DNA of 64,000 nucleotides from Azolla caroliniana (lineage: Eukaryota > Plantae > Polypodiophyta): contig JBHGNT010000008.1 in the NCBI GenBank assembly GCA_043228905.1, forward strand, positions 2,108,001 through 2,172,000. The letters run 5' to 3'. Position numbers and translations under genes: made by a program. Positions 11,304-24,601 of this stretch are shown here, piece by piece. Position 1 is the stretch's first letter, and each line of letters opens with the position of its first letter. Under the pieces are notes generated by a model. That model was not told the DNA's origin, searched no databases, and saw only the letters and a list, made by a program, of their open reading frames with translations.

Positions 11304-14300
11304 CTAGCTTGAATCTTTCTCGGAAGTCCCCCTATCAACAAGAAATTTCCGGCGCGAGAAGACTGGCTTCCTCACTGACTATCCTTGTTTCTAGGAGATC
11401 CTCATGTGTGTGTGCATGATGGCATCTACCGGTCTGGACGTTTCCGAACATAGTACTCGGCCATATGTTAAAAGCATTCTTATCGTTTTTGTTGGTACGG
11501 GGGTGGTGCCCCTGTTTTTCCCTTCTCATACATGCAACATCTATTGGTCAGGATGTTTCCCGAAAAGTACCAGGCAATCGTCATCGGTTAAGAGTGTTCT
11601 TATCATTCTGTTGGCCTTCCTTTTGTTCTTTCGATCGATTTTCTCGACCGGCAAGTTCGATGACTAAACAAATGTTTTTGCCACCGAATGGGGATACCCC
11701 CCACAAAGCATTGATGATGATTGAACACACACATGCACGCATGTGCTAAGAAGAAACTAAATTCGGATTTTCTAGCAACAATGTGATGTGGTTTGATTGA
11801 CAATTGACTAACTTCTAGTGGCTTAAGGTTTTTTGTTGTTTGTTGATAAATCCCTTAGCTTTCGACTTCTGGCATGCCTTGAATTTACCCTAATCATATT
11901 TATGAATATCGATACTGATAAAAACGTCTTTGAATGCCATGGCTCTTCCACTATTCCATATGCAAGGATCACAACCACAAAAACAGAAACTTCAATGTTG
12001 AACAATACCTAGGAACAATAAAACAATAGTGTATCACTATGAACACATGTATAGATCGATTGAGCTTTATTTAAATTTCAACCATCACTTGAATAAGCAT
12101 ACATGGAGATTGAATGTTTTAACTTTTAAATTGGCAATCCATTGCTACTTGAAAAAGACTCACATGGTTATACAGTTAAATGTTATGGCCAAGTTCCTGC
12201 TAATATCAATAACAAATATGTGAGTGTAAAGAAATCATATGTCAGCATTCAATTTCTCTCAACATTGATTGCATATAAACAAGTGTATTTGAAGTACATT
12301 CTTGTTTTCGACAAACATTCATATTCCACTTTCTAAGCAATGTGGACCTGCATCTCAACAATAAAGCAATTTTGCATCTTGAATCAAGACCAAACTTGAC
12401 CATAGATGCCACATGGCAAAAATATTAAGTTGTTGTTTGTCACCACTAGATTATGGAACACTTTACTCACGTAAGATGTACTCCACTAGATCATCAATCA
12501 CTTCAACTCTCATCCACGATATGCCCTTGCCATAGATGCTTTGGATGGATGATCTATGAAGAGGATGAGATCTAATAAAAGCTCATAAAGATGAGATCAA
12601 GCATCTAGGAAATGGGTTCTTCTATGTCCACAACTTTAAAAGAGCAATCAGAAATGGAACCATATTTTATTTTTTTGTCTTATCATGTGTAAAATTCTTA
12701 TAAACAAAAGCACTTGAACATATTATTGACATACAATTCCAAATACATGCACATGGAGTGTGGGCATGTTTAATGCTGAGACACAACAAAGCATACATGG
12801 TCGCCTAATATATGTGCAAACATATGAGAGAAAAGTGCAGGTTTCAAATCATACCAGTGTGGCTAACCAACTATAGTCATTTGTCTCATGGTTTACCATA
12901 AGCAAACTTTATTGAATAAACATGTCCAAGTGTAATGTAAGCTTGAGTTTTGTTTCCTAGTTCATGTGTTTTTTTGTGGACACTTTAGTTGGTTCGAACA
13001 TACTCCAATTTCAAATATTCTCTATGTTGTATACATGCCTAAGAAAGATGCTCTACTACAATACTTACATGGCTACAAATGTCTAAGTAGGTTTTCAGTT
13101 CACTTTTCAGTTGTTGGCCACATGTTTGCCCCGCACCCCCCCCCCCTTTTGTGTGTAAATAAAAAGTAGCTTGAATATTTATGCAAATTTCATGATTATC
13201 TTCTAGTTGTGTGCAAGTATGGAACTGGTCAAAGCATTGCACAACGTTACAAAAATGATCATAGGGTTAGTATATTTTCTTCAAAGATATGGCATGCTCG
13301 TCATATGAGAGAGCGTTTGCGTGCTTTATACTATCTCCACTAGTGTGTCCACTTTCACAAATCTTTGTCTAGTAAAATTGAGATTGCATTGGATAAGTGA
13401 GTGAAAAAGGAGAACATTCCATATGCACACACAAGTACACAAAGAAACACATATAAACAAGGTCCATAAGTTATGACAAAAAGGGAAATAAAGGGGGTTG
13501 TAGAATGAGGGAATCAAAGAACAGGAGCATGAAAAATGGAAAGGGTAATAAGGAAAAGAGACAAAGAGGGACAAAATATTATGATAGGAAGTAAGAGGGG
13601 ACAAAGCAAGTTGAAAGTGTACCTAAAAGAGGATAACTTGATAAAAACCAAGGATTTTACTGATACAGGAGGAGGGATCCCAAAGGTTATGTAGGGAGGG
13701 TGAGTAACAAGGTCAAAACAATACAAATAGCAATGATATGCGAAGATTTGACAAAGTAAAACAAGACAGTTTCAAGAAATATGGATGGGGAGATAACATT
13801 CCCAATTAAATTGATGCAAAGAAATCAAACATATATCACAACTTATTTATGTTAATGTGAACATACTTAAATGATAGTTGAAGCTTTAACGTCAAGTATT
13901 TTTATGGCCATTTGATTATCAATCTAAATCCGATAATTAAGGTTACCTCTTCGAAGGTTAAATATGATTTTACTTCTACCTTTGTACTTCTTGACATTTT
14001 GTGGATCTCATTTATGGGCTAATGTGAGAACAAATATCATGACATGTTCAAAATGCTTAATTTGATTCTTCCCAGACATCAGGAAGAGTGCATGAGTTTG
14101 TTAAACTTTCTGGTGGCCCAACAATTGACTCCTAGGTGAAGGTGCTTATATATTTGGGCAATTGGAATATGACAAAAACCTACATGTTTAAAGTATAACT
14201 AAGATAATTTGTACAAAATGACAATTTGAGATGCACAAGTTTAAAACTAGGATATCATAACAATATGGTTTCTAATTTTCATAACTACTTTAAGGATCAC

Positions 14301-14397
14301 GTTTTTAGTCAAATCTTAGATTTTTCCTAAGCTTGTATTATCAAATGTCACCCTTGTGGACCTAATGAACTTAATTGATATGCACTAATACGTATGG

Positions 14398-14703
14398 TTT
14401 TTTTTCCAAAAAAGAATATACTCCATTAGTTAAAATATACACAACTCGGATCCCTTTCTCGGGTAGGCCTTGCCTAAACTATCCTATCATTCATGAGTGA
14501 TCTTTATTTATCTTACACTTTCACATGTGTCTCTAGCTAACCTTTCATACACATCACCTGCATTCAATATCTCACATGAAATCTCGTTCACGCCCCTCTT
14601 TTAACTAATGGGAGGGGGGAACAACCATCTGGGTACTACATACTGCCATCGTATATCCATTCCATTTTATGTGGCCATCGGTGTAGTACACCAACGTTTT
14701 CTA
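14398..14703 (-). mobile_element. 5'-truncated LINE copy (LINE-4, 306 bp) with 20-bp TSD
   Basis: Flanked by ATATGCACTAATAC(G/A)TATGG at 14378-14397 and 14704-14723. The minus strand encodes QYVVPRWLFPPPIS*, the family ORF2 terminus, and ends TAACTAATGG..T6-GG-A8. Confidence 0.85.
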
Positions 14704-14845
14704 ATATGCACTAATACATATGGCTTCATCATCTAGCACAATATAAATGGCATCACATATAGGAACAATTGATTAAGCAGAATTAATAGAGTTTCCCAAA
14801 TCTTATTTCTTTGATCCCTTCACACTATATATGATAATCATTGCA

Positions 14846-15110
14846 TCCGTTGACATGGTGGGGAATATAGACGATATTGTTGTATCACACACATCCAAAA
14901 CATTAGGGATAAATGCAACTTTTAAAATATGACTTGCTTGCATACTCATAACAATCATGTGCAAAATATATGATAATAATTGAATCCATGGACATAGTGG
15001 GGAATATAGGCAACATTGTTGTATCACACACATCCTAAACATTAGGGATAAATGCTACTTTTAAACGATGACTTGCTTCCATTCTCATAGCAATCGTGTG
15101 AAAAATCCAA
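14846..15110. repeat. Diverged tandem duplication, about 139-bp period
   Basis: GGGGAATATAG..TTGTTGTATCACACACATCC..CATTAGGGATAAATGC occurs twice (about 14860 and 14999). Confidence 0.8.
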
Positions 15111-17852
15111 ATCAATGTATAAATCTTAAATTTCTTCTTCTTCTTCGTGCTTGTCCCCAACATCCACTCAACAATGTGCATATTGATCGAGAACATAGAG
15201 ACACATCACATCTGATAAATATTATGGTGTCCTTTTGGTGTAGGCGCATGCCTTTATGTTGTGATGTACATTTGTTCCTTTGTGCCACCCTTTTAGCAAG
15301 CATGTAGCAAGCCAACCCAAATGGGTACCTATGTATCAACTATAAATTGAGCAAGAAGTGACAAACTAGTTTGGATTCTCTTTATGTGCATTTCACAATA
15401 TGTTAAATTTGAATTGAGTAGCAAATTATTTCTTGATGATCCATCCCAAGGGAAATCCATCTTTTCATTAACATAAATTATTTCATATGTTCACTGATGT
15501 CATGAAGCAATTGATTCACGAAATAAAAACAAATTCAAATGACGCATTGAGCACGAACTGTATGACACTGAGAATGCTTCAATATACCTTCATTGCATTG
15601 CATGTAACCAATCGACTTGTTCCCGACATTTGGTATTTGAATCCCAATAGAATGGTTGGAAACTTTTAACCTTATTATCATATTGGATATATTTTGAATA
15701 TTCAATTCTACATTGTTCCATAACATAATTTAATTACACTAAAATTATCGGTTTTAAAGGGCTTTGTGGACATTATAGTTGTTTGAAATGAACTTCTTCT
15801 TCTTCATTTCCAAAAAAATTACTACTTCCACTAGTTAAGGCAATGTACATAGGATAATATACAACTCATATGTTACAAGCCAATTTGCATGGCTACAAAG
15901 AAACCAACATGTATAAAGGAATCAACAAAGACTCAAATTCACTGCATCATCTGATGAGCATAGTATTACCCGACTCAATCCCCTCAACATGAGCCTCACA
16001 CAACCCACATTCAACATAGACATCATCCAATCTCTTCACATTTCAACACCCACCTCTATGTTTGGTACCCTCGGAGGAAACAACCACCGGGTAGCTGATA
16101 AATCCACTTTGCATTGCCATCCACCATCAATAACATCAGAGAACCGCTCCATTTTAGAAGGAAACAACCTCTAGCTTTTCCACTCGCGTCAGAGGGCCCT
16201 TGAAGGCTTTCAAAATTTCCTTGTAATGTAGAAATAAGATTAAACCAAATCATCATTAAACTCTCAGCTGGTGGGGTTTGCTTACCGGTAAACGACTCCT
16301 TGCACCTAGATACCCACACTTGCCAAACTGTAAGGCCGACCACTAAATACCAAATATATACGTACCATTCATGTATGTAGAATGAACCTCCTTGAGTTGA
16401 AGGTTGTACAGTTCCATGCACCACCTTTAAAGAAGGATTATTTCCATTCCATCCATTAAACTATGCAGCCGATTTAGTAGCTAACCAAACAACTGTTGCG
16501 CTGGATACCTAAACTTCAACCCTGCATCGAGCCAAAATTCTTAAGCTCCTCGTCCAAACTTCTTGGGCTTGCAGGCAGATCCACAAACAATGTGTGATGT
16601 CCTCCAAACTCGCTCCACGGGGCCTTGCAATTAGTCATGCCACCCCTTTTCCCCAGCCACTCTCCGGTTGGAACAACCTGATGGGTGATTAACCAAAAAA
16701 ACACCTTGACCCTCTCGGGGAGGGATGAGTTCCATATCCTGCTCCTGCTTCTATCCACGAAGACCGAATGGACAACTACATGGATCCATTTGTTGGCATG
16801 CTTCTCACGATGTAACCATAACTTTCTCCCCAAGCGCGTCGAGTAGTCAAAGAAACCTCTTGATTTATCTTGTTCTCCCCTCCACATATATTCTGCAGGA
16901 TCCCATTCTAAACACTTGAGTGGCTTGCCTTCAACTACATACAAGATCCAATCCTCCTCAAACTCATCGACTGATGGATTCACCTTCCATTTCTTACCAT
17001 CTTGTGCCACAATTCTAATTGGGGACCAACTAGCACCTGCATCTACTGATACCAACTGGATGATCTTCCCATTTTTTCCTAGATCCTTGGCGTTGATAAT
17101 TTTTCCTGTATCATCACATTTTTTGAACCATTCACCCTCTTCCCCATTACTGATAGGAACAGAGTAAAAAATTGTATCGACTAGGTCAAGCATCTTCTTG
17201 CCATTTCCAAACTTTCCCATGTCTTCGTATAATTTATCCTGATTACTAGCGGACAACCACATCCAATCTGTCATTGAATGAATCCCTGCACAAAGCAATA
17301 TAGCCCACAACATACCCTTGCTCTGGACCACATGCGGATCTTGTCACAAATTTTACTTTGAATTTGTTTCAACTATATTCTTTTGTCGATATCTACACCA
17401 ATCCACGTTCCTAGATATATTGTGCCTTCCCCTTTTGCAATCCATTTGAATTTAGCATTTGGTTTCCATATTGGCTCTGCATCTGAGCTAATCCAGAAAC
17501 CCTTGGACTTATTCCAATTAAAGGAGGCTCCCAATGTTTTACAAAAGAGATCGATAGCAATCTGTACCCTCTCAAGATTCACTTCATTATCTTGGAGGTA
17601 TAACATCGTATTGTCCGCTAACTCCGAGTCGAGCAAGGACTTCCTTGTGTTAGGGATTGAAAGACCATGTAAATTTGCCACCTGACTATTAAAAAAGGCA
17701 GACATTGCTTCACTAATAAAGAGGGATAGAAAGGGGGCGAGAGGACAACCTTGCATGATGGATCTAGTTAGAGAGATTCTAGCGTCTTTCTTCCCTGCAG
17801 TCAACACCTTACTTGAGCCATTCCTATATAAGGCTTGAACAACACACCTCCA

Positions 17853-18528
17853 TGTTGCACACAGTGCTCGGCCACAACCGAGGAATAGGATCAACTCACA
17901 GAAAATAGGAAATACAAAATGCACGAAGACAATAGAGAGAAGAGTACACAGGATGTTTTACGTGGAAAACCCTAAATGGGAAAAAACCACGGGAGTCCTC
18001 AAACTCCAACTATCACTATAAACAGAGATGTACAATGGTGAAGCTCCTAGGCAACAACCTTGAGCTCACTGTCTTCGCCACAGGCGGCGGTAATACACAG
18101 AGGCAACGACCTCTTCGTCTCTCTCTCTCTCTCTCTCGGCTTCTCACTTAGCTCCCTCTAAGTAGAAAACAAAGAAAATGAGCAACAACACAACCACGAA
18201 AACTGTTTGCCCTAAGTCATATTTATACACATATGACTTTCGGGCTATTTACAAATATAGTCTCCGCATCCGGATCTCTCTCCGGGTACTTCGTCATCTG
18301 GCTCCGTAGCCGGGGTCTTCGTCATCCGGCTCCGTAGCCGGGGTCTTCGTCATCCGGCTCCGTAACCGGGTCTTCGTCATCCGGCTCCGTAGCCGGGGTC
18401 TTCGTCATCCGGCTCCGTAGCCGGGTCTTCGTCATCCGGCTCCGTAGCCGGGGTCTTCGTCATCCGGCTCCGTAGCCGGGGTCTTCATCATCCGGACATC
18501 CCATCCGGAGGGACCGAAAATCCCAACA
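17853..18528 (-). repeat. 3' LTR of copia A (676 bp; 7 units of a 27-28-bp repeat)
   Basis: Direct repeat of 22597-23324, next to the PPT. Confidence 0.96.
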
Positions 18529-18538
18529 AACTCCCCCT

Positions 18539-21500
18539 TCACTTCGGCATGGGATGTCTCTCCAATCCGATCCTCTTCCGGCATGCTTCCAGCTTGTCGG
18601 GTGTAAGTACCTTGGTCAGCATATCCGACCCGTTCTCATCCGTGTGGATCTTCGTCAGCACGAACTCCTTGTCTTCTATCCTTTCCCGGATCCAGTGGTA
18701 TCTACGCTGGATGTGCTTCGTCCGGGAGTGATAGGCCGCATTCTTCGCAAGGTGGATGGCACTCTGACTGTCGCAGTAGAGTCGGTACTCCTCCTGCCGG
18801 ATACCGAGCTCTCTAATGAAGTCCTTCATCCATATTATTTCCTTGCCGGCTTCAACAGCCGCCATGTACTCCGCCTCCGTGGTTGACAACGCAACCGTCT
18901 TCTGCAACCTCGACTGCCACGAAACGGCTCCCCCTGCATATGTCATTACATACCCAGATGTAGACCGGCTGGTATCCGCATCAGCCGACATATCCGAATC
19001 GGTAAATCCATCGAGTTCGGGTTTACCGGAGCCGAATAGGAGGCACATGTTCGAAGTGCCCTTTAAGTATCGGAGTATCCATTTGACCGCGTTCCAGTGC
19101 TCCTTGCCGGGATTACTCATATACCGGCTCACCACTCCAACTGCATATCCTATGTCCGGTCTTGTACACACCATTGCGTACATCAAGCTCCCGACGGCAG
19201 AGGCATATGGTAGTTTCAACATGCCCTCCTTCTCAGCCTTTGTCTTGGGGCTTTGCTTGCTGGACAGCTTGCAGTTTGCCGGGAGTGTTGACCCAACCGG
19301 TCTTGCTTCCGACATGTTGAACCGGTGAAGCACCTTTGTCACGTACTTCTCCTGTGACAGCCACAACTACTTCTTCTTCCGGTCCCGGATGATGTGCATC
19401 CCTAGTATTTGCCTCGCCGGACCCAGGTCCTTCATTGAGAAGGTTCGGTGAAGAGCCTTCTTCAGCATCCGTATCTTGACCTGGTCTCGTCCGACGATCA
19501 ACATGTCATCCACGTACAGGAGGAGTATTAGAAAGTCTCCTCCTTCGAACTTCTTCACAAACACGCAATGATCGGACTGCGTTTTGTGGTACCCTTCGTC
19601 TATCATGAAGGAGTCGAACTTCCGGTACCATTGCCGGGGAGCCTGCTTTAGACCGTAAAGGCTCTTCTTCAACCGGCATACCAGGTGCTCCTTCCCTTTC
19701 TTCTCGAATCCTTCCGGTTGCTGCATGTAGATCTCTTCTTCGAGGTCACCGTGAAGGAATGCCGTCTTCACGTCCATCTGTTCTACCTCGAGGTCCATGC
19801 TTGCCGCTATGCTCAGCACCGTCCGGATGGAGGTCATCTTCACTACCGGGGCAAATATCTCGTCGAAGGCGACGCCCTTCTTCTGCTGGAACCCCTTCAC
19901 CACGATCCTGGCTTTGTATCTCGGGGGGTTTCCGGCATCTCCCGGTTTCAGCTTGAACACCCACTTGTTTCGAAGTGCCCGCTTTCCTTTCGGCAACTCC
20001 ACAAGTTCATATGTGTGGTTCTCATGCAGGGAATCCATCTCCTCCTTCAAAACTCTCCGGCTCCCCCTCGTTGGTTAGTAGCACGTGCTCTGGTTCCGGA
20101 AATCTCCGGGGGGCCCTTCTCTCTCTTAGAGGATATCTCCGTTCCGGAGCTTCGGTAACCGGCTCCTCTGTTTCCTCTTCATCTGAATCCATTTCGGGAT
20201 CGGGGCCGGTTCCGGTATCATTTTCATCTTCCTCAGCCGGTTCTGTTTCTTCACCGTCTTCGGCCGGATCCTCGAGTGCTAACCGGTCCCTTGCCGGTCG
20301 GGACTGCTCTTCGTAGAGTTGATTCTCACCGGTCGACTTTGAGCTCTTCATCTTCTTCTCCGACTCCCAGTCGGCGAGTGTCTTGTCCTCCATGAAGATG
20401 ATATCACGACTCCTGAATATCTTCTTGTCGACCGGGTCCCATACTCGGTAGCCGAACTCGTCGTCGCCGTAACCGAGGAATATGCATGGCCGGGTCTTTG
20501 GATCTAACTTTCCTCTCCGGTCCTTTGCCACATGCACGTATGTGAGACACCCGAACACCTTCAGATGCCGGTAGGATACTTCCCTACCGGTCCACACTCT
20601 CTGTGGCGTGTCTCCGTCCAAAGGTACTGAGGGTGATCTGTTTATCACGTATGTCGCCGTCGACATTGCCTCAGCCCAAAACCCCTTGGGTAATTTCGCA
20701 TGCGCCAGCATACTCCGGACCCTCTCCATTATGGTCTGGTTCATCCTCTCGGCCAGCCCGTTCAGTTCCGGCGTCTTCGGCACAGTAAACTCGAGCCGGA
20801 TTCCCTTCGAGCGACAGTACTCCTCGAACTGCCCCCGGTATTCCCCTCCGTTATCCGCTCGTATCGCTTTCAGCTTCTTGCCGGATTCCCTTTCCACTCT
20901 CGCGTGGAGTTCTTTGAAAACGGACAATACTTGGTCCTTTGTCTTCAACGGTGCCGTCCACAGCTTCCGGCTATGGTCATCTATGAATGTTACGAAGTAC
21001 TGGGCTCCGCCATGTGACTTCGTTTCTACCTGACACACATCAGTGTGTACCAACTCCAATGGTACACTACGTCTCGTCGGTGGCCTTGAGTGGAAGGAGG
21101 CTCGGTTCTGCTTACCGGCCAGGCAATCGGTGCACTTCTCCAGATGCACATGCTTCACTGGGATAAGGTTGTCTTCTGCAAGCCTCTTCATCCCCTTCTC
21201 ACTCATGTGACACAGTCTCTTGTGCCACAGCTCACCGGCAGTGTCAGCTGCCACGTTCAGCTCCTCCGGACATAGCCCGGAATTCATCAGGTACAGTGTG
21301 TTGATCTTCCGGGCCCGAGCCACTATCAGGCTCCCTTTGCTGAACTTCATGAAACCGTTCCGGATGCTACCCGTGTAGCCTTCATCGTCTAGCCTCCCGG
21401 CCGAAATCAGGTTCAATCGAACCTCCGGAACGTGTCGAACATCCTTCAGCAGCATCTTGCATCCGGTTGATGTCATCAGCCACACGTCTCCTATGCCGGC

Positions 21501-22565
21501 AATCCGGCATGTACCTTCATTTCCCATCCGGACACAGCCGTGCTCACCGGCTGTGTAGGATGAGAAGTATTTCTTCTCCGGGGTCAGGTGGAACGACGCT
21601 CCGGAATCGACCACCCAGGTCATCTCTTCACCGGCAAGGTTCAGCTCCCTCTCTTCGGTAATGAGCATTATCTCTTCTTCACTTGCCACGAGTGCCGTCG
21701 TTCCTTTCCGGTCCTGCCCTCGGCGATCCGGACCTCTCCGGTCCGTGGATCCCCGGTATGCACCGTTTCTCTCCGGTGACTTCTTCGAATCGGTGTCGTC
21801 GGCTCCGTTGTCCTTTCGGTAATGCCGACAATTCTTCCGGAAGTGCCCCGGCTTCCCACAGTGAAAGCACGTGGGTCTTCCTCTTGACTGCGACCGGGTC
21901 CCCGACTTCTCCCGTCTTTGCGGACTCCGGTTCCATTGTCTTCCCCGTTCCGATTCGGTAAGCAGCGCCTTCGAGTCGGAGGCCGGTTCTTTATCTCTCC
22001 GACGCGCTTCTTCGTTCAAAATACTTGTCTTTACCGTTTGTAGGGACAAGTTATCTTCCGTGCAGGAGGTGCTGAGAGTCACCACCAAGTTCTCCCAGCT
22101 TTCCGGCAATGTACACATCAGAATGATGGCTTGCATTGCATCCTCCAACGGGAACTTGATCGCCGCAAGCTGGTTCACGAATCCCATGAACGTGCTCACG
22201 TGTTCCACCATACTCTCGCCGTCGCGGTACTTGAGGTTCACTATCTTCCTCATCAGGGAGGTCCGGTTCAGCGCATTCTTCCTCTCGTAGAGGCCCGACA
22301 GCTTCCGCCACATCTCATATGCGTTGGTGTCGTTCGCCACATGTTGTAGAACGCTCACGTCGACGTATTGCCGGATGGTTGCAACGGCTTTCCGGTTCAG
22401 AAGCCTCCATTCCGACTCAAGTACCCCCTTCGGTATTTCCGACCTGTCAATCGGTTCGTACAGGTCCCGAACAATCAGAAGATCCTCCATCTTGATCTTC
22501 CAGTCGGCGTAATTCTGCGCATTCAGCACCATCATCCCCGGCTGCCCGCTGTTGCCGCCTTCCAT
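18539..22565 (-). pseudogene. Copia A gag-pol, inactivated by a 47-bp deletion (about 20046) and a CAG>TAG stop (19367)
   Basis: Motifs CFHCGKPGHFRKNC, VVDSGASFH, HTDV..FIDD..DNGGEY, LYVDDML and RTKHIQRRYHW. Lesions were located by comparison with copia B. Confidence 0.93.
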
Positions 22566-22596
22566 TTTCTGCACTGCCGTCGCTCTAATACCACTT

Positions 22597-23324
22597 TGTT
22601 GCACACAGTGCTCGGCCACAACCGAGGAATAGGATCAACTCACAGAAAATAGGAAATACAAAATGCACGAAGACAATAGAGAGAAGAGTACACAGGATGT
22701 TTTACGTGGAAAACCCTAAATGGGAAAAAACCACGGGAGTCCTCAAACTCCAACTATCACTATAAACAGAGATGTACAATGGTGAAGCTCCTAGGCAACA
22801 ACCTTGAGCTCACTGTCTTCGCCACAGGCGGCGGTAATACACAGAGGCAACGACCTCTTCGTCTCTCTCTCTCTCTCTCGGCTTCTCACTTAGCTCCCTC
22901 TAAGTAGAAAACAAAGAAAATGAGCAACAGCACAACCACGAAAACTGTTTGCCCTAAGTCATATTTATACACATATGACTTTCGGGCTATTTACAAATAT
23001 AGTCTCCGCATCCGGATCTCTCTCCGGGTACTTCGTCATCCGGCTCCGTAGCCGGGGTCTTCATCATCCGGCTCCGTAGCCGGGGTCTTCGTCATCCGGC
23101 TCCGTAACCGGGTCTTCATCATCCGGCTCCGTAGCCGGGTCTTCGTCATCCGGCTCCGTAACCGGGTCTTCGTCATCCGGCTCCGTAGCCGGGGTCTTCA
23201 TCATCCGGCTCCGTAGCCGGGTCTTCGTCATCCGGCTCCGTAGCCGGGGTCTTCATCATCCGGCTCCGTAGCCGGGGTCTTCATCATCCGGACATCCCAT
23301 CCGGAGGGACCGAAAATCCCAACA
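22597..23324 (-). repeat. 5' LTR of copia A (728 bp; 9 repeat units)
   Basis: Direct repeat of 17853-18528, next to the PBS. Confidence 0.96.
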
Positions 23325-23666
23325 CTCCATTCCCACGGTTGCTCAAACACCTTCATCACTTCTTCAAGGAAATACCATTGCACTCGATTATAGGCTTTCT
23401 CAAAGTCAAGCATCAGACATGCTAAGTTTTGCTTTGTCTCCCTTGTCGTCGCAACAACCTCCCAAAACAATATCATGTTCTCCATAATAGATTGATGCTC
23501 CATGAAACAGGTTTGATTGGTCTTGATGATATCTCCTAGAAAGGGCTTGATTCTCTACACTAGAATGTTAGCAATTTTTTTATAAATATGATTTAAAATT
23601 GTGATGGGCCTCCACTGTCTAATCTTGTGTGACACATTCTCCGATTTAGGAATCACGTATATCAAT

Positions 23667-24150
23667 TGTAAAAGTTAAGGTGTGGAAGCATGTACACAAT
23701 CGGCTCAGCTAGATAACAATAGAAAACAAAAACGAATGTTTGATGGAAGCTTGAAAACACACAGTACACGAGAGAGATAGAGAGAGCAAAACAGTAAACT
23801 CTATTTCAAAAATAATGAACACTTTGTACATACAATGTGCTTAGTGAGCACTTTTGACAAGTCCTTAAAAGGACTGATAGAACTACCAACAAGTACTTCA
23901 ATGCTCATATCGAGCAATAGACACTAACTCCCAAAAATATGCCTACGTACTAGGCTAGGGTCATAGGCCTCTAATGGCCTACCGGTTACAATATGATATG
24001 GATTACGATCCGGCTCTTGGTTCTGGACACCGATCTGTATACCAATCCGGTTCTCCATTCCGGATACCGATATGGTTCTCCATTTCGGATATCGATCCAA
24101 TTCTGGCTTACTTAGCCAATACGGATCCGGTTGAGCTTGTCCGCTCAACA
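23667..24150 (-). repeat. 3' LTR of copia E
   Basis: TGTAAAAG...CTCAACA, followed by the PPT complement CTCCCCCTCAAG; similar to the copia F LTR. Confidence 0.85.
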
Positions 24151-24454
24151 CTCCCCCTCAAGCTCAACTTGAGCTCGGATCGTTGTGTCTATCTTCGCCG
24201 ATCCTTGTTTTTGGCTCCTCATGGCATCTTCACGCCTTGCTTGCGCTCCTCGACCCATCCGGTTCCGCGCACCTCGACCCATCCGGTTCCACGCACCTCG
24301 ACCTTTTTTGTCGGCTTTTATGCTCCCTTGGCCCATGTCAGCTCCCTCGTTGTCGCAATACTACTGCTCCTCGACCCATTGGTTCTTCGTGTCGGCTTCG
24401 GCTTCGGTTGATCCGAAATCGAATTCGTCATCGAATTCAGCATTTCGGATATCA

Positions 24455-24601
24455 TCTTCCTTTTCGGCTCTATCTTCTTTCTTTTCGGTTCTATCTCCTT
24501 CCTTTTCGGCTCTATCTTCTTTCTTTTCGGTTCTATCTCCTTCCTTTTCCACTCTATCTCCTTCCTTTTAAGCTCTATCTCCTTCCTTTTCGGCTCTATC
24601 T
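24455..24601. repeat. 21-bp tandem repeat encoding (DRAEKEG/DRTEKKE)n downstream of RNase H in copia E
   Basis: About 7 units of TTTTCGG(C/T)TCTATCT(C/T)CTT(C/T)C. Confidence 0.9.

Larger units (their letters stand above)
17853..23324 (-). mobile_element. Full-length Ty1/copia element A (Tto1/Tnt1, Tork-like), 5472 bp, TSD CTCCA
   Basis: LTRs at 17853-18528 and 22597-23324 (TG..CA); TSD at 17848-17852 and 23325-23329; PBS TGGTATTAGAGC at 22582-22593; PPT GAAGGGGGAG at 18531-18540; domain order gag-PR-IN-RT-RH. Confidence 0.97.
15807..23666 (-). mobile_element. Decayed L1-clade LINE (LINE-3), outermost host of the nest; interrupted by copia A and cut at 23667 by copia E
   Basis: RT pieces LDFEKAYNRV (23330-23666) and QGCPLAPFL/ELADNT (17373-17852) join across copia A. 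C-terminal pieces at 16516-17331 and 16056-16424. The 3' T-tract end is at about 15807-15818. Confidence 0.88.

Noticed and set aside
11335-14300. Short ORFs upstream of FAF
   Set aside because: They are 60-95 codons, have no recognisable motifs, and have AT-rich intergenic composition.
18290-18495. 28-bp repeat array as a CRISPR array
   Set aside because: Units are head-to-tail with no unique spacers, lie inside LTRs of a eukaryotic retrotransposon, and no cas genes are present.
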